Positions 14,001 through 27,700 of a stretch of 64,000 nucleotides of DNA are shown in pieces. The position numbers and the translations under genes are program-made. The notes beneath the pieces are model-generated. The model was not told the DNA's origin. It saw nothing but the letters and a program-made list of their open reading frames with translations, and did not search any database. The DNA comes from Phoronis australis. Taxonomy: Eukaryota; Animalia; Phoronida. The stretch spans positions 513,803 to 577,802 of the forward strand of contig NMRA01000024.1 of NCBI GenBank assembly GCA_002633005.1. The letters are read 5' to 3'. Positions within the stretch are counted from its first letter, which is position 1. Every line of letters begins with the position of its first letter.

Positions 14001-16587
14001 AACTCTTCTGATTTTTGCCTCTTGCATAACAATTTCTAAAGCCCTATAAAGCCCTCTTGTGCCACTTCTTGAAATGACTGCAGAGTGGTGTATGTGTAAA
14101 CTGCCATTCATCTGACCAGTTATTGTTTATTCAAAGGTAAATTATAGTTAGCTTTAGTAGACTTATTACCTGTGAAGACAGGTCAAACCAGTGCTGTCCT
14201 AGGTACAGGTTTCTATGAACCTCTTGGTTTAGAGGCTCAGCCAATGGTCTGGACGGTCTAGAGGTTTGTTTCAGAAATATTTTGCTTGCTTGAGTTCTCT
14301 TATTAATATTTCAAAGCTATTTCATAACTTTTAGATTTTGAAGTATACGATATTTGTATTATTTTAATGGCTAAGATCTTAAAAAAATTGACTGATTGCA
14401 AGTGTAAACTAAACCGTCTTTCATAGGCTTTCTGGCCCACCACACGAAATTCCAGTTGTAACCAGGGACTACTAACATTAAACACTCTTCAATAGGATCT
14501 TTTCTTTAAATTTAAAAACTCCAGAATGAGACCTGTTTAGTTAGAAGATATATTATGCGAATTTTGACCTTATTTCAACAAAGACCTTGTTTCAACAATG
14601 CTAATTTGTATGCTCCAAATGTGTGTACAAGGTTTAGCTGTCAACAAAGTTGTTTACTTGCTTTTAGTGACAGTAAACAGTTTTAGCCGATTACATAACC
14701 AGAGTCTCAGCAGCTGGGGAAATTTCTCATTTCCTAACAATTTTTGAGTCATGGGTATGCCTGCTTTCTCACCAAAAATAATTTGTTTCAAGTTTTCGCT
14801 CTTTAATTTAGCGTGCAATAGATGACGGACTAGTGGAATTTATTTTGTTGAATTTCACAATAAAAATATATTATTTCGTCATTGCTATGGATTACGTTAT
14901 ATTATCTAACGAGAGAACAAAAGTAGAAGTTAATGTACAGCAGGATTATAAGCCTATGAAAAAATGAAAAAATTGCGATTTGGTTTGCGTTTGTGTAGAA
15001 AAATGAGGAAAGATTTCCGTATCTGAGGATAACAAAGTTAATTTTAGATATGCATTGTCCTAGTTCAATTTCGAACAGAACTAAATAAGATAGGTTAATA
15101 GGTAAATGTTCTTAACCTAAATTTAATTTGATTTAATTCGATTCTATCCAAAACTTTATTTGGTAGGAGTGTTTGTCTTTAAAGTAGTGGTTTTGGACAA
15201 GCGTTTTGCGGTTTGAGCGTTTAATGTCGTAACACGCCGGCACTTGCAAAAGGCACGCCAAACCAGCACAATGGCGCTTTTCATGAAAAGTCACTGCAAA
15301 TCATTTTTCAACTTTCATTTGGCGGTGTTTGTTTGGGACCTTGTCGCTTTGGTTTACGTAACATCAGGAAATCTAATTTTTTCCCCAACAATCCAATGAA
15401 AACAGTGCTTGAATGCCAGTCAGGCAACCACTCTAAGCTCCATTTAGTCCACATGTCATGTAGAATCAAGTCACTGACTCTAAGATCTGTTTATGCTTGC
15501 ACAAGTTTCCTTTGTTCCCTCTTTGAATCTGACCAGTGAAGCAGAGGCATATTCTGAGAGAGGTCTGCAGGCCAGCAAATGGATTATGCATTTCACTAGA
15601 AGTGTTCAGGCCTGCATGAACCCCCTTTTCTTCTGAAGATCCTCTCAGAGTTTTTCTGAGAACTGGCGGCATTTTTCTGCTGAATTGTCTCCGTTTTTCT
15701 CAAGTAAGTTTAGAGATTACTTTGCGGGTCTTTCGAAAGTGGAATCTGTTTGTGATCTTGGATTCGTTCTGTTAGAAATTGGAACTGCTGTAGGTAGTAA
15801 TATTGCCCGGGGTGATGGATAGGTTTATCTGTGTAAGAGTTCTGCAGTAACGTTTAAGAAGCGTACTCGGCTCGACTTGCTCTCACCTGTTGATTAGATG
15901 AGGTTAATAGCTGGGTATGATAAGTTGGGGAACAGGTGAAACGTTGCAAGTGTTAGAAATGTGGTGAAATGGGATTTGATTTTCTTCATTGTGTTGAAAT
16001 ATCAAAATATGGAAGTTTGATGGGTTGTTTTGGAGTGAACCAGTTGTCCGTAGTTTGTTACTGAAAAAGGTTTTAGTGTCCAGTGATGAAATTTATACAA
16101 GTCAAACAATGTATTTTAGTTGTATTTTCTGTTGTGAAATTTGACAAAATTAGGACTAAATATGGTGGACTAGTGAACTATTTTTTTATTTTTCTCATTT
16201 AAGATAAGTTGCACCAACTAAACGTTTTAGTGTTTTTAAGTTCTATATTATCTACTGTACCTGTCAGTCAACAAATGTTTTAAGAAATTGTAGGCATTCA
16301 CTAACACAGTAAGAAGTTGTTAAAAAATAAAAAATGTCAATTTATACATTTATTTTGATGAGACTTTACTTATGGTTTGTTTAGGATACTCTCAAACCCA
16401 ATTATTTAGGAATAGATATCAAAGAGTGAATATATTATGACTTGTTTGTTATTGAAATTAATGTTTTAGCACCCAATGATAAAATCACTGTACGTGACTT
16501 GTATTTTCTGAAAAAATTGAACAAATTTGCGTGTTTGGTGTGTTTTAGTGTGCTTTTATAGCTGATTATTTATAGGTTCTTTTACAG

Positions 16588-16618
16588 ACTCTTTATGAAG
16601 ATTGAAGATCGTGAAAAG
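16588..16618 (+). other. Candidate 31-nt upstream (5' UTR) exon
   Basis: Acceptor ggttcttttacag, donor AAG|GTAAGC, purine-rich body with two GAAGA enhancer-like motifs. Connection to unc5 is inferred only from strand and position. Confidence 0.4.
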
Positions 16619-17227
16619 GTAAGCACAAATTTTAGTTTTAAAATCAGCTCGTGCAGCATCACTATTCTTCAGGTTCTTGTTTTGTGTTGTACCGCGTGCT
16701 TTGTGTTTTTAATGTTGATGAATGCTTTCCTAATTATATTTTAAATTATCCATCTGCTGTGTTCACATTAAATGACTTTGGGCCGAAATTACATTTTTAG
16801 AATATTGTTGGGCGGGATAGACTTCTTGAAGTTATTAGCCATGACCAAAGCAATGAAACAATGAAATCTGTTGTGTTTTTGTGATTCTATTACAAATGGT
16901 CAATTCTCGCCATTGTCTGCCAGACATTCGCTGAAATCATAGCCACTGACTTAACCTGTCATTACCGTATACCCTTAAAAAACTCTATATATCAAGTGTG
17001 ATTTTTCTCTGCATACTCAATCTTAAGTTGTGACCACTAAGGTTGCAGGTTGGATTATGCGCAAAGGGTGAACACAGAAAGTCAGCTTTCTCGCTAGTAT
17101 GTTCACGAAAGCATCACATTTGCCTTACATTTTTATTGACGGCAGACTTAACCTCTGCGCCAACATCTGGGTCTGCATCTTTGAATGTTTTACAGGTTAT
17201 AAGATTTCATCGTCTGCGATGGTGTTT

Positions 17228-17323
17228 GTGTTCATATGCAATTTGTTTTCATGTTCACGTTCATCTGTGTTCATGTTCATCAGTGTTCATGTTTGGGTTT
17301 GTATTCTCTATGTGCTGTTCATG
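17228..17323 (+). repeat. Degenerate (TGTTCA)n low-complexity tract / YCAY cluster
   Basis: Eight TTCAY words in about 95 nt. Confidence 0.7.
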
Positions 17324-18561
17324 ATCTTTGTGCTCTCCGCCTAATAGAAGAACGTTTCAATCCTATGAGACGTTCCAATCCCACTAAACCCACAGGTCTC
17401 GCTTAATAGTCACGTCATGATAAGGTTTCTGAACTGTTGTGTGCCCAGTGATTAACACGGCATTGTCAAACAGTGCCCCCTCAGATAACAACATCACAAC
17501 TGATAGCAAAAGTAAACAGCCTACTCAAGACAGGCCGCGTTTTGGCACTTTTCTGGCATGAGTTCTTCCTTTACGCAAGATTCAGGATGAAGCATGCATT
17601 TCATGGTGTCGCAGAAAACTGGTCAGTTTTATGAAATTACCAAACTTTTAATCCTATCAAATCATATTAAAAAGGTTAAGTAAATTTCATTCTTTTTCCA
17701 TTTGGTTTCTTTCAACCTGATAAATAATGGATTTTCATATTATAACCTGGCACTTTTGTCTTTCGATGTCATGCCACTTTTATGGTTCTGTAAACACCAA
17801 TGTTTGAATTGGTAGTTTCATTTTCTGTCTCCAGGTGGCAGTGGCGTGTCTCACTTTCCCCATTGTGACACAACACCTAATCTAATATCACTGCAGACAA
17901 AGCTGGGCAATAGGTGCACCTACAGTTTGTTTTTAAATTTCAACAAGCTCTAAAGTCAGATGTTGAGATAACAACCAAAACACCCAGAAAGGGGGACATA
18001 ACTGGACCAGTCCAGCAATCTATGTTGTCAAAGTAAACACCGCTACTGGAGTCCACAATACTTGTCTAGACCCTGTGCTTGTTATGCAGCTTCTTGACAT
18101 TTACCTGAGTATTGTTGAGATGATGACAGTTTGACAATGCCACTGAGTTCTACCCTGTCTGTTATTGAAAGTCCCATATCTCAAAGTGGCATAGGAATAG
18201 GATTATGCAATTGACACAACAGTTTCCCACTGTTGGGGGACTGCTGCAATTACTTGTCCCAATATCTTGTTCTGATAAAAATGTTTATAAGATATACAAA
18301 ACAATATATGTTTATGGGAACATTATCGGCAAAAAAGTGAATGTCGTATTCGTATGACAACCCTTGCAATTGCAATACTAAAGCTGTGCTCGTTAAGCTT
18401 AGTACCACTTGGTAAATGGTAGAGTATTTTGATCGTCTTTAGTTGGTAAAGTCACCATCCTTAATTTCAGCGAATCTCTGTGGAAGACAATGGCTAGAGT
18501 TGGTGATTTGTAATAGAACCACAAAAGCACAACAGGTTTTGTTGTTTTGTAGCTCTGGTCT

Positions 18562-18600
18562 AAGTCAATAAGTTCAATAAGTTCATTAAGTTCAATAAGT
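18562..18600. repeat. Short 9-bp tandem repeat (AAGTTCAAT) x about 4
   Basis: aagtcaataagttcaataagttcattaagttcaataagt. Confidence 0.85.
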
Positions 18601-21600
18601 CTATTCCTTCAGACAGTAATCCCAGAAGGTATTTTTCGGCATCAAGAAATTACACCGAGTGCTATAGCAGAGAGGGTGGGGTGAGGTAGGCGGGGCAGGA
18701 GGGGGTCCACCAATGGTTCACCAACTATGCTGTTACCACTATAGAAAACAGCATTAACTCGCTTTATTTTGCTTCTCAAGTTTTTGTGATGTTACGATTT
18801 ACCAGTAAATAAAAGAATTAAAAAATGCCGTGGCATGAAACAGGATGTCCTAGGTTAATTGTCATATTACCTAAACATCGATCAATAGATCTTTGAATGA
18901 GTTGGGATTTTTCAGCCAATTTTGCCAAACATTCCAGGGATGGCTTAGGGGTTACACTGTTTATTCTATTTATGAGGACGGCTATTGTTAGCTTTTTCTG
19001 TGATTCTAGCAATTTTATCATCAGGTTAAACCAAATGAAAATGCACCAATCCGTTTCTGAGTCACCCAAAATAAATATGACTGGTACTGCCATCTTGTGT
19101 TGGGTGACTCAAAGTAATTTGTTGTGGTAAAATGTCACCAGTTTCAGACAGAAATACTTGCCAAAAATGTTCGTTTTTCATTTTTCAAGTGCCTTTAACA
19201 TTGTCGTGAGTGCCCACAAACATTCAAAACTTTGTTTGATGGCAACTGTGGCACAAAATTTTGAACATGAAAAATCATTTAATTTTGTGCTACATAAATT
19301 TCAGGGAAAGTGATAAAATAAAATTTCATTTGTCCGTCATATTCCTAATCGAGTGACATTTTACGCAATGTTCGTTTTCAGGCTAGTATAATCAGTCTAG
19401 ATGTGATTCTTATATTCGACATTTTTTATGTGTTTTGATGACAACTGATAGTTGAATACTTGACCTGATGGATTAAAGTTATTAACTAATAAATTTCCCC
19501 GTAAGTCTGCACTGCCAAGCTATCACTAATTGTAAAGTTGGTGAGTTATAACATGGATCAAAGATATCAACCACAGTGTCTTAGCAACAGAACTAGAAGA
19601 ACAACCTTTTTACCTAAGTTTGCCGTTGTATTTTCGTTCTTCTTGAACAAAAGGCCTGTTTACTCTTTAAAAGGTAATATTTTGTCTGAGAAGCAGTTGT
19701 TTATTGAATATTATTTTGATTACTCGAAACATGGGCTTTTTAATGTTGAAATCAGGTTGGCTGATTTAAAGAGACAAGCATTACAATTGATCGTGTTTAA
19801 AGAACTACTACTTTTCAAACTTCAAATCAAAATTGACTACATCTAAACTTTAGCTATCTATTTACCGGTATGTATATGTATATATTTAGAAATTTCTACT
19901 ATGGGATAGTATATTTATTTTTTGTTGAATTTTCAAGAATAGGATGGTTATACAGGATGAAACCTCCATTACAATTTGCCCACTGCGTAGCTGCCATTGC
20001 ATCCTGTCTGAATTCCTCATTTCAGGATTGCCATTTTAAGTCTAACATGCAACATAGTATTGTAAAGCATTTCAAGGGTTTGCTTTTGAGCTGTCATTAT
20101 GCATTTAGCGAAATTGGCTTGGTCAACTTGCCACAGTAATTGCCGCAATTATATCTCTCTGTCATTCTGGTCAATTGTAATTTTGCCCCTCCCATAAGGG
20201 TCCCCGAAGCATCTCCCTGTAGTGAGGACCTATTATCTGGCCAATATAGCCCTTGTGGTCTGTTAACAAAAAGGCAACTCTCATCTTTGTACCAGTTTTA
20301 TTTATATATAATGTATATGTATACCTATATATATGGGGTATATATAGGTATACCTATTGGATGTTTTCCTGATATGTGTTCACATTCAACTCAATACTGA
20401 TGAGGTTCACAGTAAACAGTCTATGAATGTTAACTTTTCAAAATTTTAGGAATGATTAGGTGTCTGTCGTGCATATTTTGCTGTTTGCTAAGTTTTTAAA
20501 CAAAGTACTTTATGTACAATTGACCCTTAAGTACTTGAACTTTAGATCTCTCATGTTTCTTCTTTTGGCCTGTGTAGAAATTAAGTCCCTTCATCCTTTA
20601 ATTGAATACTTGCCCCCAGGGGGCCCAACACTTGGTCTAGTGGTTTTGTTGACCATTGGGCAACCGGTATAAGTGACTGCTCTTAAAGAAAGAGATCGCT
20701 GACAAACATCATTAGGGCTGCTAGATTTATTAGTAAATATTGGAACAATAGTGGAATGTTAGATGCCCTCTGGAAAATCGGAGACTAGATATAGATATAG
20801 TACGATGTGGTGAACGGAATACGGTAATGACAAGAATTTCATATCTTGTTTATATACTTACCCTAGCTTCAGAGATAATAGTTTTGTTCAGAGCTTCAGG
20901 AATTAATCTCCTAATCTGTTTATGGTGACCTTCATTGTCTGAGGCAGCGTTTTATGATGTAAATGGAAATCTCATAACCGAATTACCAGCATGTCCCAAG
21001 GATCGGCTTATGAAAACCGCTGGGACCTAATATTCAGTCTGGGTTTAAATGTAGTGTTCCTTATTTGGTGATATAGCTCAGTGTCATTAGTCATTGTTCT
21101 CGGAATGACGGAATGGAGGTTGCTGATTTCATCATAACACCCTGAAACCCACATATACAGATTTCGAAAGATTCTCGGAAATGCTGTGGGAGTTAAAGGG
21201 AGGTGTTGGTATCAATTTAATTTTCAGATCATTATCGTAAAATTTCACAATTTCGGAAAAAAATATTTCCAAGATTGACCTTTTTCCCTTTTCAAAAGCC
21301 CCCTACATTGTTGTGAATGCCCACAGTTTATAAGAACATTGTCAGAACATAGCTATAAATGACAAAATATTAATAAATGAGAAAATAAAATTTCACATGA
21401 CGATCATATTTTGTCCTAAATTGGTCACATTTTACCATTGCGAGGCTTGTGTTACGTAATACAAATTAAAAAGGAAGCCGTTGTATTTCTCATTGAGTAA
21501 GTCATTTGTAATAATGATTTGAAGTTGTAAATCTGCAAAGCTGTTGAACAAGGATTGTGTGTCACTGAGAAAATTAAGAGTCATTCGGAATTCCCTGGGA

Positions 21601-22899
21601 AAGGGTGCCTGTTTCTGAATTACGTAGGGTCAGATTTACTAAAATAACACATTTAAAATGTTTGTATTTTGAGAGCAAAGAAGTGGGAAAGGTTAACTTA
21701 ATCCTCGGTAGTTCTCTTTAGATACAGAAGATTCTCTGACCCCGTCTTCTGTAAAAAATAGAATCCCTAACACAACTGCACTTAAGACCCCCCGTCAAAA
21801 CTAGCAATACACCATATGTATCACTATATATCACTGGTAAGCATTCCCTCCGAGTTCTAGAAAATCCAAGTTTCGTACAATCGGTCCACTTTCTTATCTG
21901 GATGTAAACCAATGTCGACCACTTCTGCCGCTTCGCACTGAATGACAAACCGTGTTTTCGCTTATCTCATCTTTCAAGGGCTTTGTTTTTTATCTACTAC
22001 TCAGCATCAGCTAGGCAGAGGTGTTTGCTTTTCTAGTCCTAATCTATGTGTAACACACAGGTGTGAGAATTTTCAGCTGTCAACGCGTTGAGCACACACA
22101 GGTAAAGTGTCCACTAGATTGGCAGACTGATGTACAATGTATTTTGATTTTACAGTGTTTATACTTAAAGTGGTTATCAACCGACTTTCCGTCACAGAAA
22201 CCAGCTTTTGATTTGGACCTCTCACTGTTTTGAAATTGGTCTTGAATTGCTCCTTAGTCAAGTTGGAGACAATTTCAGGGCTTGGAAAGGAGTGACGGTT
22301 TGTTATTGCCTAAGATCAACCTCTGAAGCAATACGAGTTGGCCTATTATGGTGTGTCATTTTATGCGATAAGCATTGGCTCAACCAATCACAAATTGTCA
22401 GTTGTTTGCAAACCCTAAAATCACTTTACGTTATGATTATGGAAAAGTTGAAACCCGTTTTATTAGCAGCCAGTGGTCCAAATCAAAAATTCATTTTTTA
22501 GACCGGAGGTAGCGTAAAAGCACTTTAATTGTGGCAGTAGAAATGACATATTGATGACACTTGTATTCTATTGTACTTATAGTACTGTCACTAATTTTGG
22601 TTGAAAAGCAATTCTCACATCCCGGATTCAACTCTCCTCTTTTGGGGAGGTAGAAAAATGCACTGTATCATTGACAGACATCTTTTCGATAATTAGGGCC
22701 CCTAACACACTTCTGATCTCAGCCAGTGCTACAAGTGAAGACTGATTTATCACACTTCACTCTGCTTTTCAAATATTTATGTCTGCCTTCTATGTGACTC
22801 ACTATGCAACAGGGAAACTTTATTGGCAGAAGTCAGAGTGGCAAATGGCAAACTTCCCTTAAATGGGAAAGTGGATGTTTTTGAAATGACTATTGTCCA

Positions 22900-23300
22900 A
22901 ATTGCACTTTTTTCATTTTCAAAAGCGTGTGACATGGCAGTGAATTCCTGACATTTTTCCCAAACATTGCATTAGGATAGCTTAGGTATAGAACTTGAAA
23001 AACGATAAATAATTTTTGGGGGCTATTTATTGTGTATAACAACATGTGTAATAAAAGTTCGTTTGTCTGCGGCATTATGTCCCAAAAAGGTGAAATTTTA
23101 TCAAAACTATGATAAAATCTCTCCCATTTAGGACCAAGAAAGATCCGTACCACCAAAATAATGATTTTGGATTTTGAAATTCTGAACTATAGCTACCATA
23201 AAACAATATTTTGAGAAATTGTGTGCATTCACAACAATGTTAGAACTTAGAAGCCCTTGGAAGAAAAAACAACAATTTCGGCAAATATTTTTGTCTGAAT
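22900..23300. repeat. Old AT-rich dispersed repeat, present here as an inverted pair
   Basis: Core TTTTGAGAAATTGTG.GCATTCACAACAATGT at about 23208-23240, with an opposite-orientation copy at about 22900-23080. Related copies near 10550-10730, 16140-16330, 19150-19350, 21250-21430, 27930-28110, 33540-33640 and 63330-63510. Boundaries approximate. Confidence 0.6.
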
Positions 23301-23378
23301 TGGGTAAGATTTTACTGTTATGGAGTAAATATTTTACAAACAGTTTTTGCGCAATATCAAAAATTTTGTTATCAAGGT

Positions 23379-23512
23379 GCAGCCAACCACCTTTTGGCAT
23401 TTAAACGTAGCGCCTATGCACCGTAAGTTACGCTATAGTGCGAATTTAGTGCACTTTTAAAATTCAGTGCTCAAGGTGATAGGTGTACATTGGACGCCTA
23501 ATTCACTTATCT
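23379..23512. mobile_element. Diverged copy of the same hAT-type MITE family
   Basis: gcagccaaccacc..tggcattt.aac.tagc..cta.gcaccgtaagtt and attcagtgctcaaggtgat are shared with 58836-58935. This copy has about 30 extra internal bases. Confidence 0.75.
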
Positions 23513-23677
23513 CATGGGCGGCGCAGCACTGAAAAAAGTGGGGCTATAGCCCTCAGTCCCCCCTGTGGTACACTGCCCATAGACCATGGGCGGCGCAACA
23601 CTGAAAAANNNNNNNNNNNNNNNNNNNNNNNNNNNNNNNCCCCCCCCCCCCTAGCCCCCTATGGTGCGCCGCCCATG
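23513..23677. mobile_element. GC-rich MITE with CATGGGCGG termini (contains an N gap)
   Basis: Starts CATGGGCGGCGCA and ends TGCGCCGCCCATG (13-bp inverted repeat). The terminal block is repeated internally at 23585. Inverted homologue at 46423-46566. Confidence 0.8.
23609..23639. other. Assembly gap (31 N); single Ns also at 5338, 45552 and 59444
   Basis: N characters, mostly adjacent to C/G homopolymer runs. Confidence 0.98.
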
Positions 23678-24245
23678 TCTGGTTATCATTGCCGGGGTTG
23701 TTTTACCCTTTCTACCAAACTGGCTAGATAGATAGGTGTCATTGAATAATTTAGTAATGGTTTACTTAAGCCGTCACGCTTCACTGGATAGTGGTACTAC
23801 ATCTGTGTTCAGTATAATCTTTTGATTACCACTGTCACAGTTCAATACTTCATGAGTCATCTCATATGATTTTTGATTAAATTGTGCCAGTACTTTGCAA
23901 ATAAAGAAATTTTATTCGCCAGTTATTGTTAATGATACAGCAGCGTTCTCCACAACATGTTTTGACTCGTCACTGCGGTGAGTTTGAATTTTGCCATGAA
24001 GAGTTAGGCTCTCACTTGCGTGGTGTTTGAAAATCTGTGGGGCGAGTTTGAAGTAGTGGGGATCATTTCTGAAGCAAAGTGGGACATCTTTGGTGCCAGT
24101 TCAATACAATTTCATTCCAAGACTTAACTCGTAAACTCCTCACAATGTGGACATGTATCTTCAAACAGGAGCATGTATTTTGTAATTGCAGCGGAGTTTT
24201 TGTACAGTACATCTATCAACCATTGTGTGTTCTGATCTGTATTTA

Positions 24246-24779
24246 CTGGGTGTCCCAAAAATGTTTACAAAAGTAAAATATGAGTACCAGGATGTGTTTT
24301 TGGAAATAGGGTGTATTTCTTATTCGAGGAATTCCAATGTTTGTTTTGCAGAGCACAGACGAGCAGAAAAAGTGCCAAAGTTGATAATCCCAGAAAAAAT
24401 ATTTTGTTCTGCTACTCTAGCGCTAATTTCAAGGATTCCTTAACCATGCTGATGTGTCAAGGTGTAGGACAATAATACATATCAATTCCATGTTTTCTGC
24501 AGTGGAAATTTTGTTCAATTTAAAAACAAGGACGTAGTTGAACGAGAAATTACTGCTCTGTGGAGAATCCAAACTCTCTAAGTGAGTACGTTACGCAGTC
24601 GGATTTTTTTATCCTTTCTCTGCTATTCCAGTCAACTGTGGCGGTTATCTGAACTTATGCATCTTTCAGAAAACACTTTGTAATTCCTGGAATACAAAAA
24701 GCACTATTAGTTCCCTGTAAAATTAGTGTCTGATATTCTTTTCTCCGAGGAGTTTTCTCAACATTTTTGGGACACCCTA
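24246..24779. mobile_element. Tc1/mariner-type MITE, about 534 bp
   Basis: Perfect 18-bp inverted repeat GGGTGTCCCAAAAATGTT (24248-24265) / AACATTTTTGGGACACCC (24760-24777). TA immediately left of the element; the right extremity is decayed. No transposase ORF. Confidence 0.75.
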
Positions 24780-27700
24780 AGTTGTAAGTCATAAGATAGC
24801 ATGTCATTACGTTTGACAGTCATTATAGGGTGTACCATGCTGATGTCGTTGAATTTAGGACTACTCAAGTGACATGCATTTAACAGATCAGTTTTCCTCA
24901 TCAGAATTGATTGGTGGCAAAGATTTTGGTTTGTATGCTGTGAAAATTACCTAATTTTGTGTTAAAAATTTAATGCTCGTTTTGTAAATGAGAGATAACA
25001 AAGCCAGTGTCTATGATGCGAAAGCATGTTTTATTGTCTACTCTATATTTCACAGACTACAGAAGACCTGTTATTTCGTTTATTCCCTATTATTGGTCCT
25101 TGTTTGTATTTTCATTGACATTTTTATTGAAATTGTATCAAGATTTACAAGTACAGATACAATTGCTATTTTCGAAAATTTTCATTAAAATAGTAGGGAT
25201 GCATTTTAAGGAAGTTTTCGAAAACAACTCTTTAGCGTTAGGAGAGCACAAAAGCATCTCACTCGATCTCAATTTGAAATTCTCTGTGTACAGGCAGGAC
25301 CGAGGTGACAAGGACGAAATGGACATTTTGAGACGAGATGGATGTATTGGTATCACTTGAATATCCCCCTCTTCTCAACAGTGGCAATTTGGCCGCATGA
25401 AGGTTGATCACAAAATATTGATAGAAAAGCTAGAAAATATCTCATGGCCGTAATCCATGCAGGAAGATAAAACACCGCCTACCCTATCATCATCTAGTGG
25501 TAAGGCGTGTTTCATCATGTCGCCTCTACATTCGAAAAAAGCCACTGGTACCTGATATACGCCGTAGTGCCTATAAAGACCGTATTTTGGATGTAACTTG
25601 GATGTCTGTAGTGGAATATCAAACAGAATTTTATTTGTTGGGATGAAAACTGGACTTAAGACAGTTATTTTGATATCGGTGCAGCCAGTTTTCAATTCCA
25701 CTCAAAATCCCTTCTGGCGTCCTTTGACTAATTGCACGTGACAAGCACCACTCCAGTGACACATTTTGTTCTTATTGTATTACCCACATTAATTAACCTC
25801 CTACATTATTGGGTCGCCATGGCAACAGACCTGGCGCAATTTTCTGTGAGAGCCCAGTTCTTGAGATGAAGAGTTCTAGGCACTTTTTTCATGTGATATG
25901 AGTGTCCATTACTCGTATTGTCCATACATGTCAAGTGTGAAATTGATTATTAGATGGTTGAAATATTGATGTCCTACAAGATTTTAGCATGTATATTGTT
26001 ATTTTGTACTGAGTAATTTGTAATTTTAATAGGATTTCGATAAGGGGCTGGCGTACTCAATGGCGATGATAATTCAAATGATGATTTGATAATTATACTG
26101 AATTTTGCTATTCTTATTGTGCACTCAAGCAGAGATTTTCTTGTACTTTGCGAAATGTAACTTCTCTACCCAATTTTGATAAAATGTTGTCATTTCCTTA
26201 CATTTACTGAAATCGTGTGCTAAATTCTCTTTACAAGATTTTCTAGTGTATTTTTAATCTGGATTCACTGTTTAACAGCGGAACAATTGTCGGCAATGGA
26301 AGAATTTCTGCTTACACAGAATAACTCTCACCACCAAAAATCAATGAAAAGCCATAAAAGTGAAGATTAAAGTCAATATTTAAGGTGTTCTTACCAGTAG
26401 AATGTATCACCGGCAGTTACTTACCTAGGTGGTGGGCTTGTTAAATCAATTTCACCTCTTTAATTTGCTCCTAAATAGCAGTATTAGCTCATTGCTACTC
26501 GCACAGTCAACAAATGAAGGAAGTAATCATTATTAAAGAACCTCCCGCAGCGAGGTTGCAAACTTGTCGTCTACTATTGCCATGTCGCCGGTGGTCAATT
26601 TCTATCGTCAGTTGCAATGGGTGCAGGTGGCTGGTGATTGGTGCAACTTCTGTAACCGATGAGCCAAAGTCAAAACTACCAGTAAGATTATGGAGGACCT
26701 TATCCAATAGTCAATGTATTCAGCTAAATATTTTCGAAACTATAGATGTTAACTCGGTAAAAGTATATATTTTCTGTTAGTAAAAAGCATGCAGAATTTC
26801 ATGTATGAACTTATACCAGTCTTCTTGTAATTGTAGTCAAGACGTGACATCTTTTTAGGAAAATTTAGCAAAGAAATGTACATCCATAGCAAAACAATGG
26901 TATCTATAACGTTGTCAAACTTCATTTGATCTAAACGCTCAAGATGAAATCTCGAAAATGTTTTTACTGTGTTCAATTTATGCAGCTTCTTTATGAAAAT
27001 CATACAAACCCTATTTTGGAACATTTTGAAAACAATTCCGAACACTGCTTCAGAGAACATTGAACTAAGCATAGTACTTGGAAGTTTCGTAAGATTTCGA
27101 TCAGCCACATCTGAGATATGATGTTCCAAAATTAGCCGAATTTGCACTTTTCAAGTGTCCTACATTAACATAAAAGTTAAAATTGAGTTCACATCTCTCT
27201 AGGTCCATAAAATATTTCATCAAGGTTTGTTTAAGAAAGCCTATAGTTTATATATCAGCAACAAACAGCCAGATTCAGTTCAAGTGAAGCAGCTTTAAGA
27301 AGAACCAATGTATGAGGTGAGATAAATAATCTCTTTGATGTGGCAAGCAATCAATGACCATTTCCAATAAAAAATGCACTGGCAGGTTTAACCCTGTATA
27401 GTTCAAAGTTTCATGAATCTATGTCCGAATTGATTTTGGTCTTGGTAGCCAAGACGGATTCTTTTCTGATTCCATTCTCTTTTTTCTGTGTTAAATTACT
27501 GAGCTCATTAGAAGCTTGCGGCACAAGTCATGTTTTGACATAGTTTACCTTTGGCATGATCAGCCGACAGTAATGAATTGTAGTGTTGTGTTACAGTGAA
27601 TCTTGTTTTTTGTTTGTAAATAGCGCACGTTCTGGAACCAACAGTTTTTCAAACAATAAACACGCATTTAAACCTCAAATTTTTTGGGCTTCTGTGTTCC

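Noticed and set aside
18670-18706. G-rich tract as a functional G-quadruplex
   Set aside because: It resembles the GC-rich MITE debris common in this window, and there is no independent support.
26749-27147. 132-aa ORF as a transposase fragment
   Set aside because: No DDE/D, HTH or zinc-finger pattern visible.
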